This document shows, piece by piece, positions 48,115 to 59,465 of a stretch of 64,000 bases of DNA. The stretch covers positions 2,240,728 to 2,304,727 of the forward strand of contig ML992502.1 in assembly GCA_010093995.1 (NCBI GenBank), read 5' to 3'. The stretch is from Elsinoe ampelina. Its lineage: Eukaryota. Positions within the stretch are counted from its first letter, which is position 1, and each line of letters starts with the position of its first letter. The notes beneath the pieces were generated by a model. It ran no database searches. It saw nothing but the letters and a program-made list of their open reading frames with translations, and was not told where the DNA came from. Made by a program: the position numbers and the translations under genes.

Positions 48115-49272
48115 ATGTCAACCTTCCTCTTGCCATGCGATTTGCCGGGCCACAATAGCTGGAATGATGACTCTGTCAAAGCAGCTCTTGAGCAACCCGG
48201 AGTTTTGACCAAGCCCTTTGTGATGAAATTCTGGGGGCTTAGAAATCAGCGGGCCCATGAGCACTTCGTAGATACCATATGGCGTCATTTAAAACGCGCT
48301 GATGTCTTTGAAGAAGGAGGTAGTCGATGTCTTGTCAAGCAAGGTCCGAGACTCAGTGCCCGCAAGATGTTCGAAGATCACTTCTTGGCAGAATACCCTG
48401 TCATGATGATGCGAGAAGCTCGAGATCGTCCTAGCTGGTTTCAGAGGCATCTAACATCGACCGGATCGTTGAGAATCGACATGCGGGCGAAGACCCCAGA
48501 TCTAGATTGCGCTTTCCAGAAGGTGCTGCCTCATGCTAGGAAATACGCCACTTCGTATGCTAAGAAACGTCGTCGTAGAAGCCTGTCTGATGCGGAATAT
48601 CGCGAGGCCAACGTCGAGCGTTCCCCTATCAGCGAAAGAACGCGATCAGCTCGACGGACTGCACGTCGCTCGCTGCCGTACCAGCGCACTGAAGAAGACG
48701 CGGAGACGGCTAGACTACGCCGGGATCCGGTCGTGAGTGGCGCGCTGCCTGCTGACACACCAGCGCGAGGCAGGTCACCGACAGCCATTGACGGACGCGA
48801 CAGATCGAGAGATCGCTCGGCGCACTCCACGAACACGCTGCGACAGGGGTCTTCTTCCACTGGCCACACTACCACAGAAACACCACGCCCTCTGGTAGTG
48901 GACACAGATACCTTCATAGAAGTCTTCAAGATTAAGGTTTCTGGTAGTACGCTTCATTTTGAAATGTTGACGTACATCGCTCGCGCGGAGATCCTGAAGG
49001 ATGGCCGAGAGACCATGGCGGCGATGTGGGCATGCACTCCATATGCTCCTGGTCAACGACATGTCGCATTCTTCGACACAAGCAAGCATCGCAAAGCTCG
49101 CTCGATCAAGAGCGACCGTGAATTGACCATCGGATTGAATCGGTTATATAGTACACTCGCCCGGTTAGAGTCAGGAGCCTCGCCCAAGCTCTTCGTATCT
49201 AGGTCGGAGGATCTGTTTGACCTCGTTCCGGAAGATTTGAGAGGTAAATCCTCTGCTGTGTTCTGCGACTGA
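48115..49272 (+). CDS. Orphan family member, module A + Arg-rich linker + module B (tandem paralog)
   Basis: Intronless. Module A motifs IWRHL, LVKQG, LAEYP, RPSWF, DLDCAFQK. Module B motifs FFDTS..IKSDRELTIGLNRLY..LFVS..VPEDLRG. Alternative upstream ATG at 48001. Confidence 0.8.
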   Translation: MSTFLLPCDLPGHNSWNDDSVKAALEQPGVLTKPFVMKFWGLRNQRAHEHFVDTIWRHLKRADVFEEGGSRCLVKQGPRLSARKMFEDHFLAEYPVMMMREARDRPSWFQRHLTSTGSLRIDMRAKTPDLDCAFQKVLPHARKYATSYAKKRRRRSLSDAEYREANVERSPISERTRSARRTARRSLPYQRTEEDAETARLRRDPVVSGALPADTPARGRSPTAIDGRDRSRDRSAHSTNTLRQGSSSTGHTTTETPRPLVVDTDTFIEVFKIKVSGSTLHFEMLTYIARAEILKDGRETMAAMWACTPYAPGQRHVAFFDTSKHRKARSIKSDRELTIGLNRLYSTLARLESGASPKLFVSRSEDLFDLVPEDLRGKSSAVFCD

Positions 49273-50809
49273 GCCACCGCTGACTAGCACTGTAGCTCCC
49301 GAGGCGCACATCGCACGCGAAGAGCAGGTTGCTATTGGGAGTCGAGTCAGTCTGCAGCAAGGGACCGGTGGTCGGACATCGATTTCGAGCCTCCTCACTG
49401 CCGCGTGAGTCCTTCCCGGTGGTTGTGAAGGCTGTCCCGGCATGAGAGATTGCGGTTTCTCAGTGAAGGATTTGCTGCTGCGGGAGAGTATTATTCGTCC
49501 TAGCAATGGCCAGTAGTTGCTGAAGTACAGAACTCAGATACATAGAGCGGTATTTTTACATTCCTCTCCTTGAGTCATTGTGATTGGAACCAACGCCTCT
49601 TCCAGCTCAAGCAGCAAATTTGGCGAACGCTGTGACAATCTGTGCGTCGACGTGTGCCGTGACATGACAGTCTGGTAGTACTACCTCCCAGTCGCGATGT
49701 ATTGGGTAGTGGTCCAAGGTATGGCACGAGTGAGGCTCCTATCGCTCGACCGGAATGGCTCCCGGGTAGACCAAGCTATGCAGCTACGACATGTTTGCGT
49801 AGGCTCGTATCTGCTGAAGCGAGTTGCCATTCATGTCTCGTCTGCCTGCCATACGCTCGTCCCGAGAATTCCCGACACACTGAACTTGATGTGATGGTGA
49901 GAACGATTGCTGTCGCTGGAGCTGCAGGTTGCTGATCCATAGCCGAGGCTGTCACGCATCACTCACGCCGGTGCGTATTTCCCGTCCTACATGTATCATA
50001 TCATCGAACAGTTTGTCAGAAGTGCAACACACTCAATTATTGCTCGACATTGAAGTGCAGCACACCTCAAATCAACGGTCTCCTTGATGGGGAGCTGCAG
50101 CAGTAGCATCAGCGCAGCAGCGCCAGGCTAGAGTGACACAGCTTGCAGAGGTCAGACCGGAATTTTCGGCGTGACCATCAACTACCTCCCCTCGATACTA
50201 CCACAACGGGTCGCGCTACTGACCATCTGTAAGTCTACAGGACCTTAGGAAGCTTGCTGGTAGTACAGCTGTCGATCAATGCATCGTACCCCGGCATCCA
50301 GTAGCAGCTGTGCTACTCGCTTCACCCCAACTGGGAAGTTTGACGTACCAATGCTCCAGGCCAGAGAGCTGTCTTCACCTACCAGGCGTACCCATAGCAC
50401 ACGAGGATCAAACACGTGAGGTATGTAGGTAAGTTTTACAATGGGCTTCCCGAAGTGTGCTTGCTGGTAGTACAAGCGAGCTGCGTAGCCACAGTCTGCC
50501 GCATCTTTGCCTGCCTTTGCGTTTGTGAACGTGTAGGTATGTGGCGGGACAAATACTGGCGTCGATAGACGCCAGCTTAAGGACTGACAAACGACTTTGA
50601 CATGTGACAATCACATTGGTAAGCTTGGTGAGTTGAAAAGCCTTCTTCCAGTTTTCTCGCTTTCTCTTCCTCTCACACCACTTCCAGTATTACAAGACAG
50701 CTTCGGTCAACCTCAGGTACGTACAGCGTCGCTTCGATCCAACGAAATACTCGCAATGGATTATGGCTGTGATGAGAATCATGAGTCGCTGACAGCGTGC
50801 AGAAGCTGA

Positions 50810-51346
50810 ATGGCCCCATCCGTCTGCCATCAAGGCCTACAAGCGTTCTTAGCTGCCAGCGATACACCCAGCGACATGGACGACGCTTCTTCTTTCACGT
50901 CCGGAATGATGACCCCGACTACCACACTTCCTCTGGCGCCTGTTTTCGAGAAGCCAGAGTTCAACAAGACTGTCGTCTTATTCCACAATGTCTATCCAAA
51001 CGGAAGCATCGTCCATGTCGATCTATACACTTACGTCCGTGTCGAGAATCTCTTCGACAAGAAAGGTGACATACGTTATGGGTGGCTCGAGAATCACGCT
51101 GGCCCGAGACTTGTTAACACTATGCACTGGTTCGACACGCCAGCCGCGCACAACGTCATGACGATCAGAGCCGCCGAGAATGTGCTTGTCGCGCTGCACG
51201 AGTTGTACGATGCTATCACGCCTTCGTCTCCCAGCCCCAGGATCAACTTCTTCGTCACGGACTATTCCAATTTACTTGGCGAGCTTCCCGACGAGTACAA
51301 GAGTATGATCACATACCCATCTCTGTATGTCATTACGAGTTACTAA
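50810..51346 (+). CDS. Orphan family member, module B only
   Basis: WFDTPAAH..I..VLVALHELYDA..INFFVTD..LPDEYKSM. It is preceded by a consensus intron 50718-50802 (GTACGT..GCTGAC..CAG) in the 5' UTR. The start may be the ATG at 50876. Confidence 0.75.
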   Translation: MAPSVCHQGLQAFLAASDTPSDMDDASSFTSGMMTPTTTLPLAPVFEKPEFNKTVVLFHNVYPNGSIVHVDLYTYVRVENLFDKKGDIRYGWLENHAGPRLVNTMHWFDTPAAHNVMTIRAAENVLVALHELYDAITPSSPSPRINFFVTDYSNLLGELPDEYKSMITYPSLYVITSY

Positions 51347-52086
51347 TCCTCGTAGTACCTGGCGCAGCCATTGTCGCTGGTCCGGTCAAGAATTGATACA
51401 GCAGACCGATCACCTCACAAACCATCTCACATCCCTGACTCTTCTCATGAAGGTTTCACATCGACATCTCTTAGGAAAGGCAATCCTTCAGCGAACAAGA
51501 AGGTCTGGTAGCACACCTCGACCAGGCAGCTACATGATCGGATACAAGCACAGAGTCATGCTTCCTCCGAGACCTTAGGCGTCTCTCAAATAGCATACCA
51601 CTCTTCTTGAGCCGCTGAATACACTCAATAATCCAAATTCGATCCCTGAGCCATTCGTGACGCCCACTATCACCTGACCGTGCCCTTACCTTGTCCATGA
51701 TCCCACACCAGACCCCTTCAGTGAACACAACAGCCAAATGTCACCAAGCGTAACCTCCTCTAACGTCTTCACTACCACACTCCATGCCAGAGCACATTAC
51801 CCCCGCGTGACGTCGACCTCCTGCCGACGCATCACGGTCTCTCAGGCATGCATGAATGCACATTTGGAAATAAGCGTTGCAGAAATCTCGATGCATTACT
51901 ACAGAATCAGCCCCACGCCGTCACCAAAGCGAAGCGACGCGAACATCCTCAGACCGTACAAAACACCATCCCAGCCATGCCATGGCGACCATATCCTCTA
52001 CCAAGTCCCACGCCCTGTATAGTATCTTCTCTTCACCCTCCCTCTTCCTCCTCAGCTCTTCCCTCTCATCGCCCCTCCATGTCCAC

Positions 52087-54314
52087 CTACGACATCTGCA
52101 CCTCCACACGCCCCTCATTACCCGGCGGCCCGGAGCTGAGGTTGGGCAACAAGTACGTGATATCATCCCAAGGATGCCTGTACAGCCCAGTCCTCAACCT
52201 CTTCTGGTCCAAGAAATGGGCAATGAGACCGATACTGCGACCGAGCACGAATAGACCGTTGAGCACACCCATCTTGAGGTAGTCCTCGGCTTCTTCGGGG
52301 GAGAAGGCGCCGCAGTTGCGCATGAGGTCGACGAAGCAGACGGCGACGCAGCCGTCGACGTTGAGGATCAGATTGTCCTTCTTGGAGGTAGTGACGGTCT
52401 CGACGGCCTCGGCGTAGTCGAGGAGGTTGGTCTTGGGGAAGTTCTTGTGGACGTATTCCTTGACGAGGGAGACGCGGAGATCGGGGTTGTTGCGCGACTT
52501 GACACGATGGCCGATGCCGGGAACTGTGAAATGTTAGGGGTTGCTGGAGGGGAGTTGTTCGGTAGACTCACTGAGCTTGTTCTCCTTCCTCATGGTGTCG
52601 ACGAAATCACGTGGTGAGAGACCCTTGTCGTAGGCCTTTGTGAACTCTTCGGCTGCACCATCCAGAGCACCACCGAAACGAGAACCAATGGTCAAGAGAC
52701 CGGACACGAGCGCGGAAATCAAGTCCTTGCCGGCACGGGTGGTGATGATGGTGTTCATGGCACCGGAGACAGCCGGACCGTGATCGGCAGTAAGCATGAG
52801 TACCATCTCCAGGAAACGACCAGCGTAGTCTGGCAGACGGCGACGGAACCAAAGCAGAGACATGACACCACCAATGCCAATGTTCTCCCTGAAGACGTCC
52901 GAGATGGGCATGCCGGCGTAGAGGAGCTCTTGGCCACGGTCGTCGGAAATGGTAGAGATGAAGGCGGCTGGCTTACGGATGAGACCGAGCTCCTGAGCCC
53001 AGGAGTAGTCGATGGGAATCTTGGGAACGGCAGGCTCGGCTTGAGGCTTGATGACGCCCTCCTTGACCAATCGCTGGTAGACAGTGGAGAGCACCGAAGG
53101 CAGATCCTCGAATGTGTCTGGGACGAAGAAACCGGCATCCTTCATGGCCTTGTTCTTGGCCGCGGCAGTCTCGAGCTGAGAGTTGGCGAGAGCACCGGCG
53201 TGACCGAATTGGACCTCAGTTTTGAGCATGCTTGCTACAGTGCCGATGGCCCAAGCGACGATTGGCTTTGTGATGGTTCCGTTCTTGACTGCCTCGATGA
53301 CACGGTACTCCTCGACACCACCGACTTCACCGAGAAGCAAGAGAATCTTGCACTCTGGATCGGCCTGGTAGCGGAGCATGTGGTCGATGAAAGTGGTACC
53401 GGGGTACCTGTCACCACCAATGGCCACACCCTCGTACACACCGTTGGTCTGCGCGGCGACAATGTTGTTCAACTCGTTCGACATACCACCAGACTTGGAG
53501 ACGTATCCGACGGACCCCTTGCGGTAGAGCTTGGAAGCGACAATGTTGTCCATCATACCACCAGTGTTTCCGATCTTGTAGGCACCGGGCTTGATACCAC
53601 CAACCGTGGCGGGGCCGATGATTGTGATGCCCTTCTTCTTTGCAACATGGAGAATCTCACGTGCGCGCTGTGATAGTGTCAGATGTATTCTCAGATCAGA
53701 TCACTGAGCCAGCTCACCCTTTCTGGTACACCCTCTGCGATAATTGCAATGGTCTTGATTTGTGGGTATTCCATAAGCTCCATGGTAGAGGTGTAGACGG
53801 ATCGGGACGAGGCAAAGTTGACGACGGTATCGACATCGCTGTGCTTTGCAATGGCCTTGTCTGTGGCCTGGTAGACAGGGAGCAGAGTCTCGCTTGTGCC
53901 CCAGTACCTGTTTATGGTCAGATCGAGCTCTTGAACAAGCCGATACCGGTGTAGCTTACATTTTGCTCACGAATTGACCGCCGAATGTGTAGATGATGCC
54001 AGCGACGGAGGGAGTGGATCGCTTGCAGATGAAGTCGAAATCAAGCATGCCCTGTACAGCTCTCGGTTGGAGGCCACTGTCGGATTGTCAGTCGAGGGTC
54101 TATGGTTATTGGCAAGGGGTAGTACTTACTAGACAAAGCATCTTGTCTTGGGATGGAATAGGAGATGTTCTGGTCGTGGACTCAGAGTCCGACTTGGGGC
54201 TGAGAAGCGGACCAGATTGTCCTCTGTCTTGAGGCCATTGGTGCCGTTTGTTTGAGGAGTTGAGGTGCTGGTCCCGTTGGGGGTACCGCCCACTGCGGGC
54301 ACTGCGGAGGGCAT
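52087..54314 (-). CDS. ACL1: ATP-citrate lyase subunit 1 (spliced)
   Basis: [42 protein letters not shown] (phospho-His), [27 protein letters not shown]. Four coding introns near 54.1, 53.9, 53.7 and 52.55 kb. Confidence 0.97.
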
Positions 54315-55747
54315 TGTGGAAGAGATGTTCGAATGGAAGGGGGATTTCTGTAGGTACCACTGAAGATGAGGGTCAGCACTCGAGGTCGAGCAGTGGTATA
54401 GCAGAGAGAATGGGGTGCAGGAGGACTTGTCGGCGAAGGTGAAACGAAAGCCGGACAGCGAAAGTCAAAAGATTCTGTCGACCCCAAAAAAAGTCCGGGG
54501 TAAGCAGGACGAGAGCAGCAGCCGCGGGAGTCAGGAACCACTCACAATTACACGTCAGGGGGCGAGAAATGGTACGATTGTGTGGATGGAAGGCGGCCAG
54601 AATAACTTCAGACAAAAGACGAGGCGGTGGACAGTGAGTTTACGACACTGGCAATGATCACAGCACAACAGGCCGCAGGGTTTGGTCACTTTGGTGGGAG
54701 CTCTGCAGCACAGATCAAGCTTGGGGAAGCTGATGGGAAGCTCTGCCGTTTGATGAGGAACGGGAGTTCCCTGAGGATCCTTGATCATCCTTCTCGTTGA
54801 CGAGCGAAAAGGGTCTTTGTCCGTCGGCTCTGCCATCCCGTCGCCCTCATCGTGCATATGCAGCCATCCCCAACTCGGTGTCCGACACTCACGGTGAACT
54901 CAATGACGTTCTGATGCTATCTCTTGGGCGTGAGATCGTGTTGCCGGGTCTCCTCCGTCAAGGCCGAGGTCTTTGGATGGACCAAATTTGGGTCATCGTA
55001 CCACTGCGCAAACAGCAAATGAATTCGTGTTGAGATTGGCAGTGTTGCGGGTGGCTCGTACTCTTTGCTGCTCGTACGATTTTTCTGCTTGCTTTTCCTA
55101 TTCGTCGGGACCCCTAATTCACGCTTCCTGAATCTGCGGTTGACAAGCCACGCGAGCATTTACGACTTGCGAAAAGTCCGAAGGACGTGTGTGGTTCTGA
55201 CACGGTTCTGTTGTGTGGATCTGCGCGGCCAACGAAAGCCCATCGGCGCTAGTCAGGCCCAGCAAAAGCTGTCACGGTCTTTACGGGAGCGGCAGGGGTT
55301 CAAGCTCACCAGAGGCGCTCACCACCAAAAATTTCCCCAGACGTCTCTGCTCCGTCTCTGCCTCTGGCTCGAAACGCAACATCGGCGAATTCGGCATACC
55401 GCTGTCCACTGCCTGTTGTCTTTCCCTCGCCATTCTCATACACACAGCAAAACACAGTCCATCTGCCTAGTGCAATAACGACAGCAATTGCCAACATCAG
55501 TCTCTATATCTTGAGCCACGTTGAGCTACCCCATCTTGCCGGTAAGTGGAAGCTTCTCCCCCCCCTCCAGCACATTCACCGCAGCAAGAAATCAGACCAG
55601 TCCTGCAGGACACTGCTGTTCACCGCCCGACATTGCGTCGAGCTCGAGGTCATTGCCAATCCCCCTCGCCTTGCTCGATCGCTGTACTTGTCCGCCCCTC
55701 GCTAAATCCTCGACAGCTCGAAACACACCCACCTCACATCCACGACC
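54315..55747. promoter_or_regulatory. Shared divergent (bidirectional) promoter/5' UTR region of ACL1 and ACL2
   Basis: Head-to-head starts at 54314(-) and 55748(+). Consensus 5' UTR introns on each side: 54360-54545 on minus and 55542-55716 on plus. Confidence 0.7.
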
Positions 55748-57732
55748 ATGTCCGCAAAGTCTATCCTCGAGGCCGACGGCAAGGCCATCATCAACTACCA
55801 CCTCACACGCGCCCCTGTGATCAAGCCCACACCTCTCCCAACACCAAAGACGCACAACGCCCCTCCCCGTCTTGCATCTCTCCACTTTCCTCAAGATGCC
55901 AAGGTCAAGGACATCCTCGACCAGGCCGAAGTCACATACCCATGGCTGCTCCAGTCGGGCTCAAAGTTCGTCGCAAAGCCAGATCAATTGATCAAGAGAC
56001 GAGGCAAGAGCGGACTTTTGGCCCTCAACAAGACCTGGCCAGAGGCGAAAGCTTGGATTGAAGAGCGCGCCGGCAAGGCACAGAAGGTCGAGACCGTCGA
56101 CGGTGTGCTCAGGCAATTTCTCGTCGAGCCATTTGTTCCTCATCCTCAGGACACCGAGTACTACATCAACATCATGTCCGTTCGCGAGGTGAGTCTACTG
56201 TCAATTCTGCTATTTCTCCAAAGCTTGGCATGCAAGAGGAGGAAGCCCGGCAGGAGGCAAGGATCAATCGCAGCTTTGGAATTTTTTCCAATTTTGCAGA
56301 TTCCTCCGGGGAAGATTGCTGGACCTCTTGTCCCTGCAATGCTGGTGTTCTTGTGGTCTCTTTATCCGCTTGACGGGCATCCCCGGCTTTCACATGCCTC
56401 CCGCACAGGCCTCGCCGGACGAAGGGAGAAAACCCAGACCCACCAGCCTGGCAAGCCCCCCTACCACTCATCTATCATCTGCACGACATCTCATCTTGCA
56501 TCAAAGAGCTTTCCCCGGATCTGCCTTGGCTGTCAATCTCATCGTCTATTTACCCCGAACACCTGTTCTCGTCAATTAGAGTTTTGGCTAATTTCATCTC
56601 TCAGGGCGATTGGATCCTGTTCACACACGAGGGTGGTGTCGATGTTGGTGATGTCGACGAAAAGGCTGAGAAGCTTCTCATCCCCGTCGACCTCTCAGAA
56701 TACCCCTCCAACGAAGAGATTGCCTCCACACTCCTGAAGAAGGTGCCCAAGGGTGTACACAACGTATTGGTCGATTTCATCTCTCGCCTCTACGCCGTCT
56801 ACGTCGACTGCCAGTTCACGTATGTCGCATCTCCGACGCCCTTGACATGACTGACGCTTTGACAGATACCTCGAAATTAACCCTCTTGTCGTCATTCCTA
56901 ACAAGGATGCCACCTCTGCCGACGTGCACTTCCTCGATCTGGCAGCCAAACTAGACCAGACCGCCGAGTTCGAGTGCGGTGTCAAGTGGGCCATCGCTCG
57001 TTCGCCCGCCGCCCTCGGCTTGGCCGCTTCCGCACCCAAGGATGGCAAGGTGACCATTGACGCCGGCCCACCAATGGAGTTCCCGGCTCCTTTCGGCCGT
57101 GAGCTGTCGAAGGAGGAAGCCTACATTGCCGAGATGGACGCAAAGACTGGTGCCTCCCTCAAGCTTACCATCCTTAACGGGAACGGTCGCATTTGGACAC
57201 TCGTCGCTGGTGGTGGTGCTTCCGTCGTTTACGCCGACGCCATTGCCTCTTCCGGTTTCGCCTCCGAGCTCGCCAACTACGGTGAATACTCAGGCGCACC
57301 AACCGAGACTCAGACCTTCCACTACGCCCGCACTGTCCTCGACCTTATGCTCCGCGCGCCCCAGCATCCCGAGGGCAAGGTTCTCTTCATCGGCGGTGGT
57401 ATTGCCAACTTCACAAACGTAAGTCCCCTCCCAAGCCCTTCGGCTTCCTCAAGACACACGACTAATATCAGCACCAGGTCGCCTCCACATTCAAGGGTGT
57501 CATCCGCGCTCTTCGCGAGGTCGCCCCTCTCCTCAACGAGCACAAGGTCCAGATCTGGGTTCGTCGCGCCGGCCCCAACTACCAAGAAGGTCTCAAGAAC
57601 ATCAAGGCTGTCGGACAAGAGCTGGAACTCAACATGAAGGTCTTTGGTCCTGAGATGCACGTCTCAGGTATTGTGCCTTTGGCTCTTGTGCCAGGCAAGT
57701 GGAATGACAGCATCAAGGAATTCTCTGGTTAG
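55748..57732 (+). CDS. ACL2: ATP-citrate lyase subunit 2 (spliced)
   Basis: [74 protein letters not shown]. Introns at 56189-56604, about 56820-56865 and 57419-57477. Confidence 0.97.
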
Positions 57733-58209
57733 AGTCGTGCAAGGGTATGAGCGATGGAAGCGTCGTAGCAATAGAAAGTGGTGGCTAAGGGGCAGATGGT
57801 GGTAATGATTCTTCAACATGGCGTGAACGGTCACTTCAGGGGCACAGACATGTGGAGGAATCGGATAGATTCATGCAAGCAGTTTGTAAATCTACATTAG
57901 TCTTCAGCAAGCCCGTTCAGGGCAAACTCTTTGGCAGTCGATCATCGAATCCCATCCGTGCCGATTCCCAACTCCCTCCAAAGTTGGCATGGTGCATATC
58001 GACTGGATCTTTTGGCCCGCATCAGCGTGCAAACCTGGTTCGGTCAGATCAACTGCGATCTTCAATTAGGTCTCCAGCGACTCATCTCAAATCAAACGCT
58101 CCACCACAACAGCCTCGACAGAGCCCTCACGAGTCGCTTCGACCAAGACAAGACGAGCCAGCTCATCACATCCTCACCTCCAACAACTCCTCACCACTCC
58201 ATCACTCCA

Positions 58210-58620
58210 TCACTCCATCCTCTGCTCCCTCTCCACGTCCCTCAACACCACCCGCCCCCCACGAAACGGGGACACCATCCCCCAAGGCACAAACCTCACC
58301 AACGCATACGCACCCACGAACCACCAACCGCTCAGATGACCATTGTGCACCGCTGGGGCCGTGACATGCAAATCATACGCGAAGCCGAACCAGAGTAAGT
58401 AGGGCATCTCGCGCATGTACGACAAGGGGTCGACGATGGGGCAGTACTTGAGGACGGTCGCGAGGGAGCCATAGACGCGGAGACGAGCGCAGTACATGTC
58501 GATGACGGCGTCGAAGGCGGGGACGTAGAAGGGGAGGATGAAGTAGAGCAGGCTGACGAGGACGATGTGCACCATGGTGGTTAGGAGGCCTGGTGGGGCG
58601 TGGTCGGGGAAGCCGTCCAT
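58210..58620 (-). CDS. Small orphan putative membrane protein (136 aa)
   Basis: ACACCATGG start, TATAAA at about 58773-58778, hydrophobic segments (MVHIVLVSLLYFILPFYV; WWFVGAYALV), and the C-rich to G-rich compositional gradient seen in real genes of this window. Confidence 0.55.
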   Translation of the reverse strand: MDGFPDHAPPGLLTTMVHIVLVSLLYFILPFYVPAFDAVIDMYCARLRVYGSLATVLKYCPIVDPLSYMREMPYLLWFGFAYDLHVTAPAVHNGHLSGWWFVGAYALVRFVPWGMVSPFRGGRVVLRDVEREQRME

Positions 58621-59465
58621 GGTGTTGGGTTGGGATGGGCGCTGCGAAGGGGGATGTGTGTGGTCGGTTGGGTGGACTGGTGGAGCTGTCCGGCGTGGGC
58701 TGGTTGGTGTGGAATGTGTGAAGAAGAAGGAGTCTGGGTTTGGGAGAAGCATGTTGGCGGTGGGAGGGTTGTTTTATAGATGGGAGGCGCAGGCATCTGA
58801 ACACTTTTTGCACGCGATCGAAGGGTCCGAGAACAGGCGCCACGCATCCGGCCCTTGTTTGTAGGTCTCATGGTGCAGGCTTGGGCTTATTGATGTCGGC
58901 TACCGTGAAACGAGATGATTTGTTCGCCAAATTGATGCAAGGGTGCTTTCTTTGTCTCGACTTACATCAAAAAGCACATTCGTGGCCTATCACAAAGGAG
59001 CTGACAATGTTCTTGTCTCTGGTCACAGATCAATCCAGCCAAAGATTTCTCTTTGTCCAGTGCCAGATCATTTGTTCTGTGTTGGAGCATGTGAGTCACG
59101 TGTATGAGGCGACGCGTGATAGCGATGCAACAAGGCCAGTACGCGCTAACGGCGTTCTGCTCGACTGAGGAAAGACAAATGTACTACGACAAGAAACTTT
59201 GGCTACATCTCTGGTCCGCATACGTGACTTGAAACTTTCTCTTGAGATGTCTTCATTCCTTCCAAGGCAGGATCGACTTTCCAAGACTCATTCTAAGCCG
59301 CTGATATCAACCGAGAGAGCACAGTACTGCTGGACGGTAATATCAGCTTTTCCAAGAGCGCGAGTGCCTGAGTCGCACACAAACCAGCAGAGACAGAGCC
59401 ACAGTCCCTGCTCATCGTCCCCCTCCCTCACTACCCTTGCGTACAGACGCTTTCCTCCATAATCT

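Noticed and set aside
52780..53673. 297-aa plus-strand ORF
   Set aside because: Antisense shadow of the strongly codon-biased ACL1 exon.
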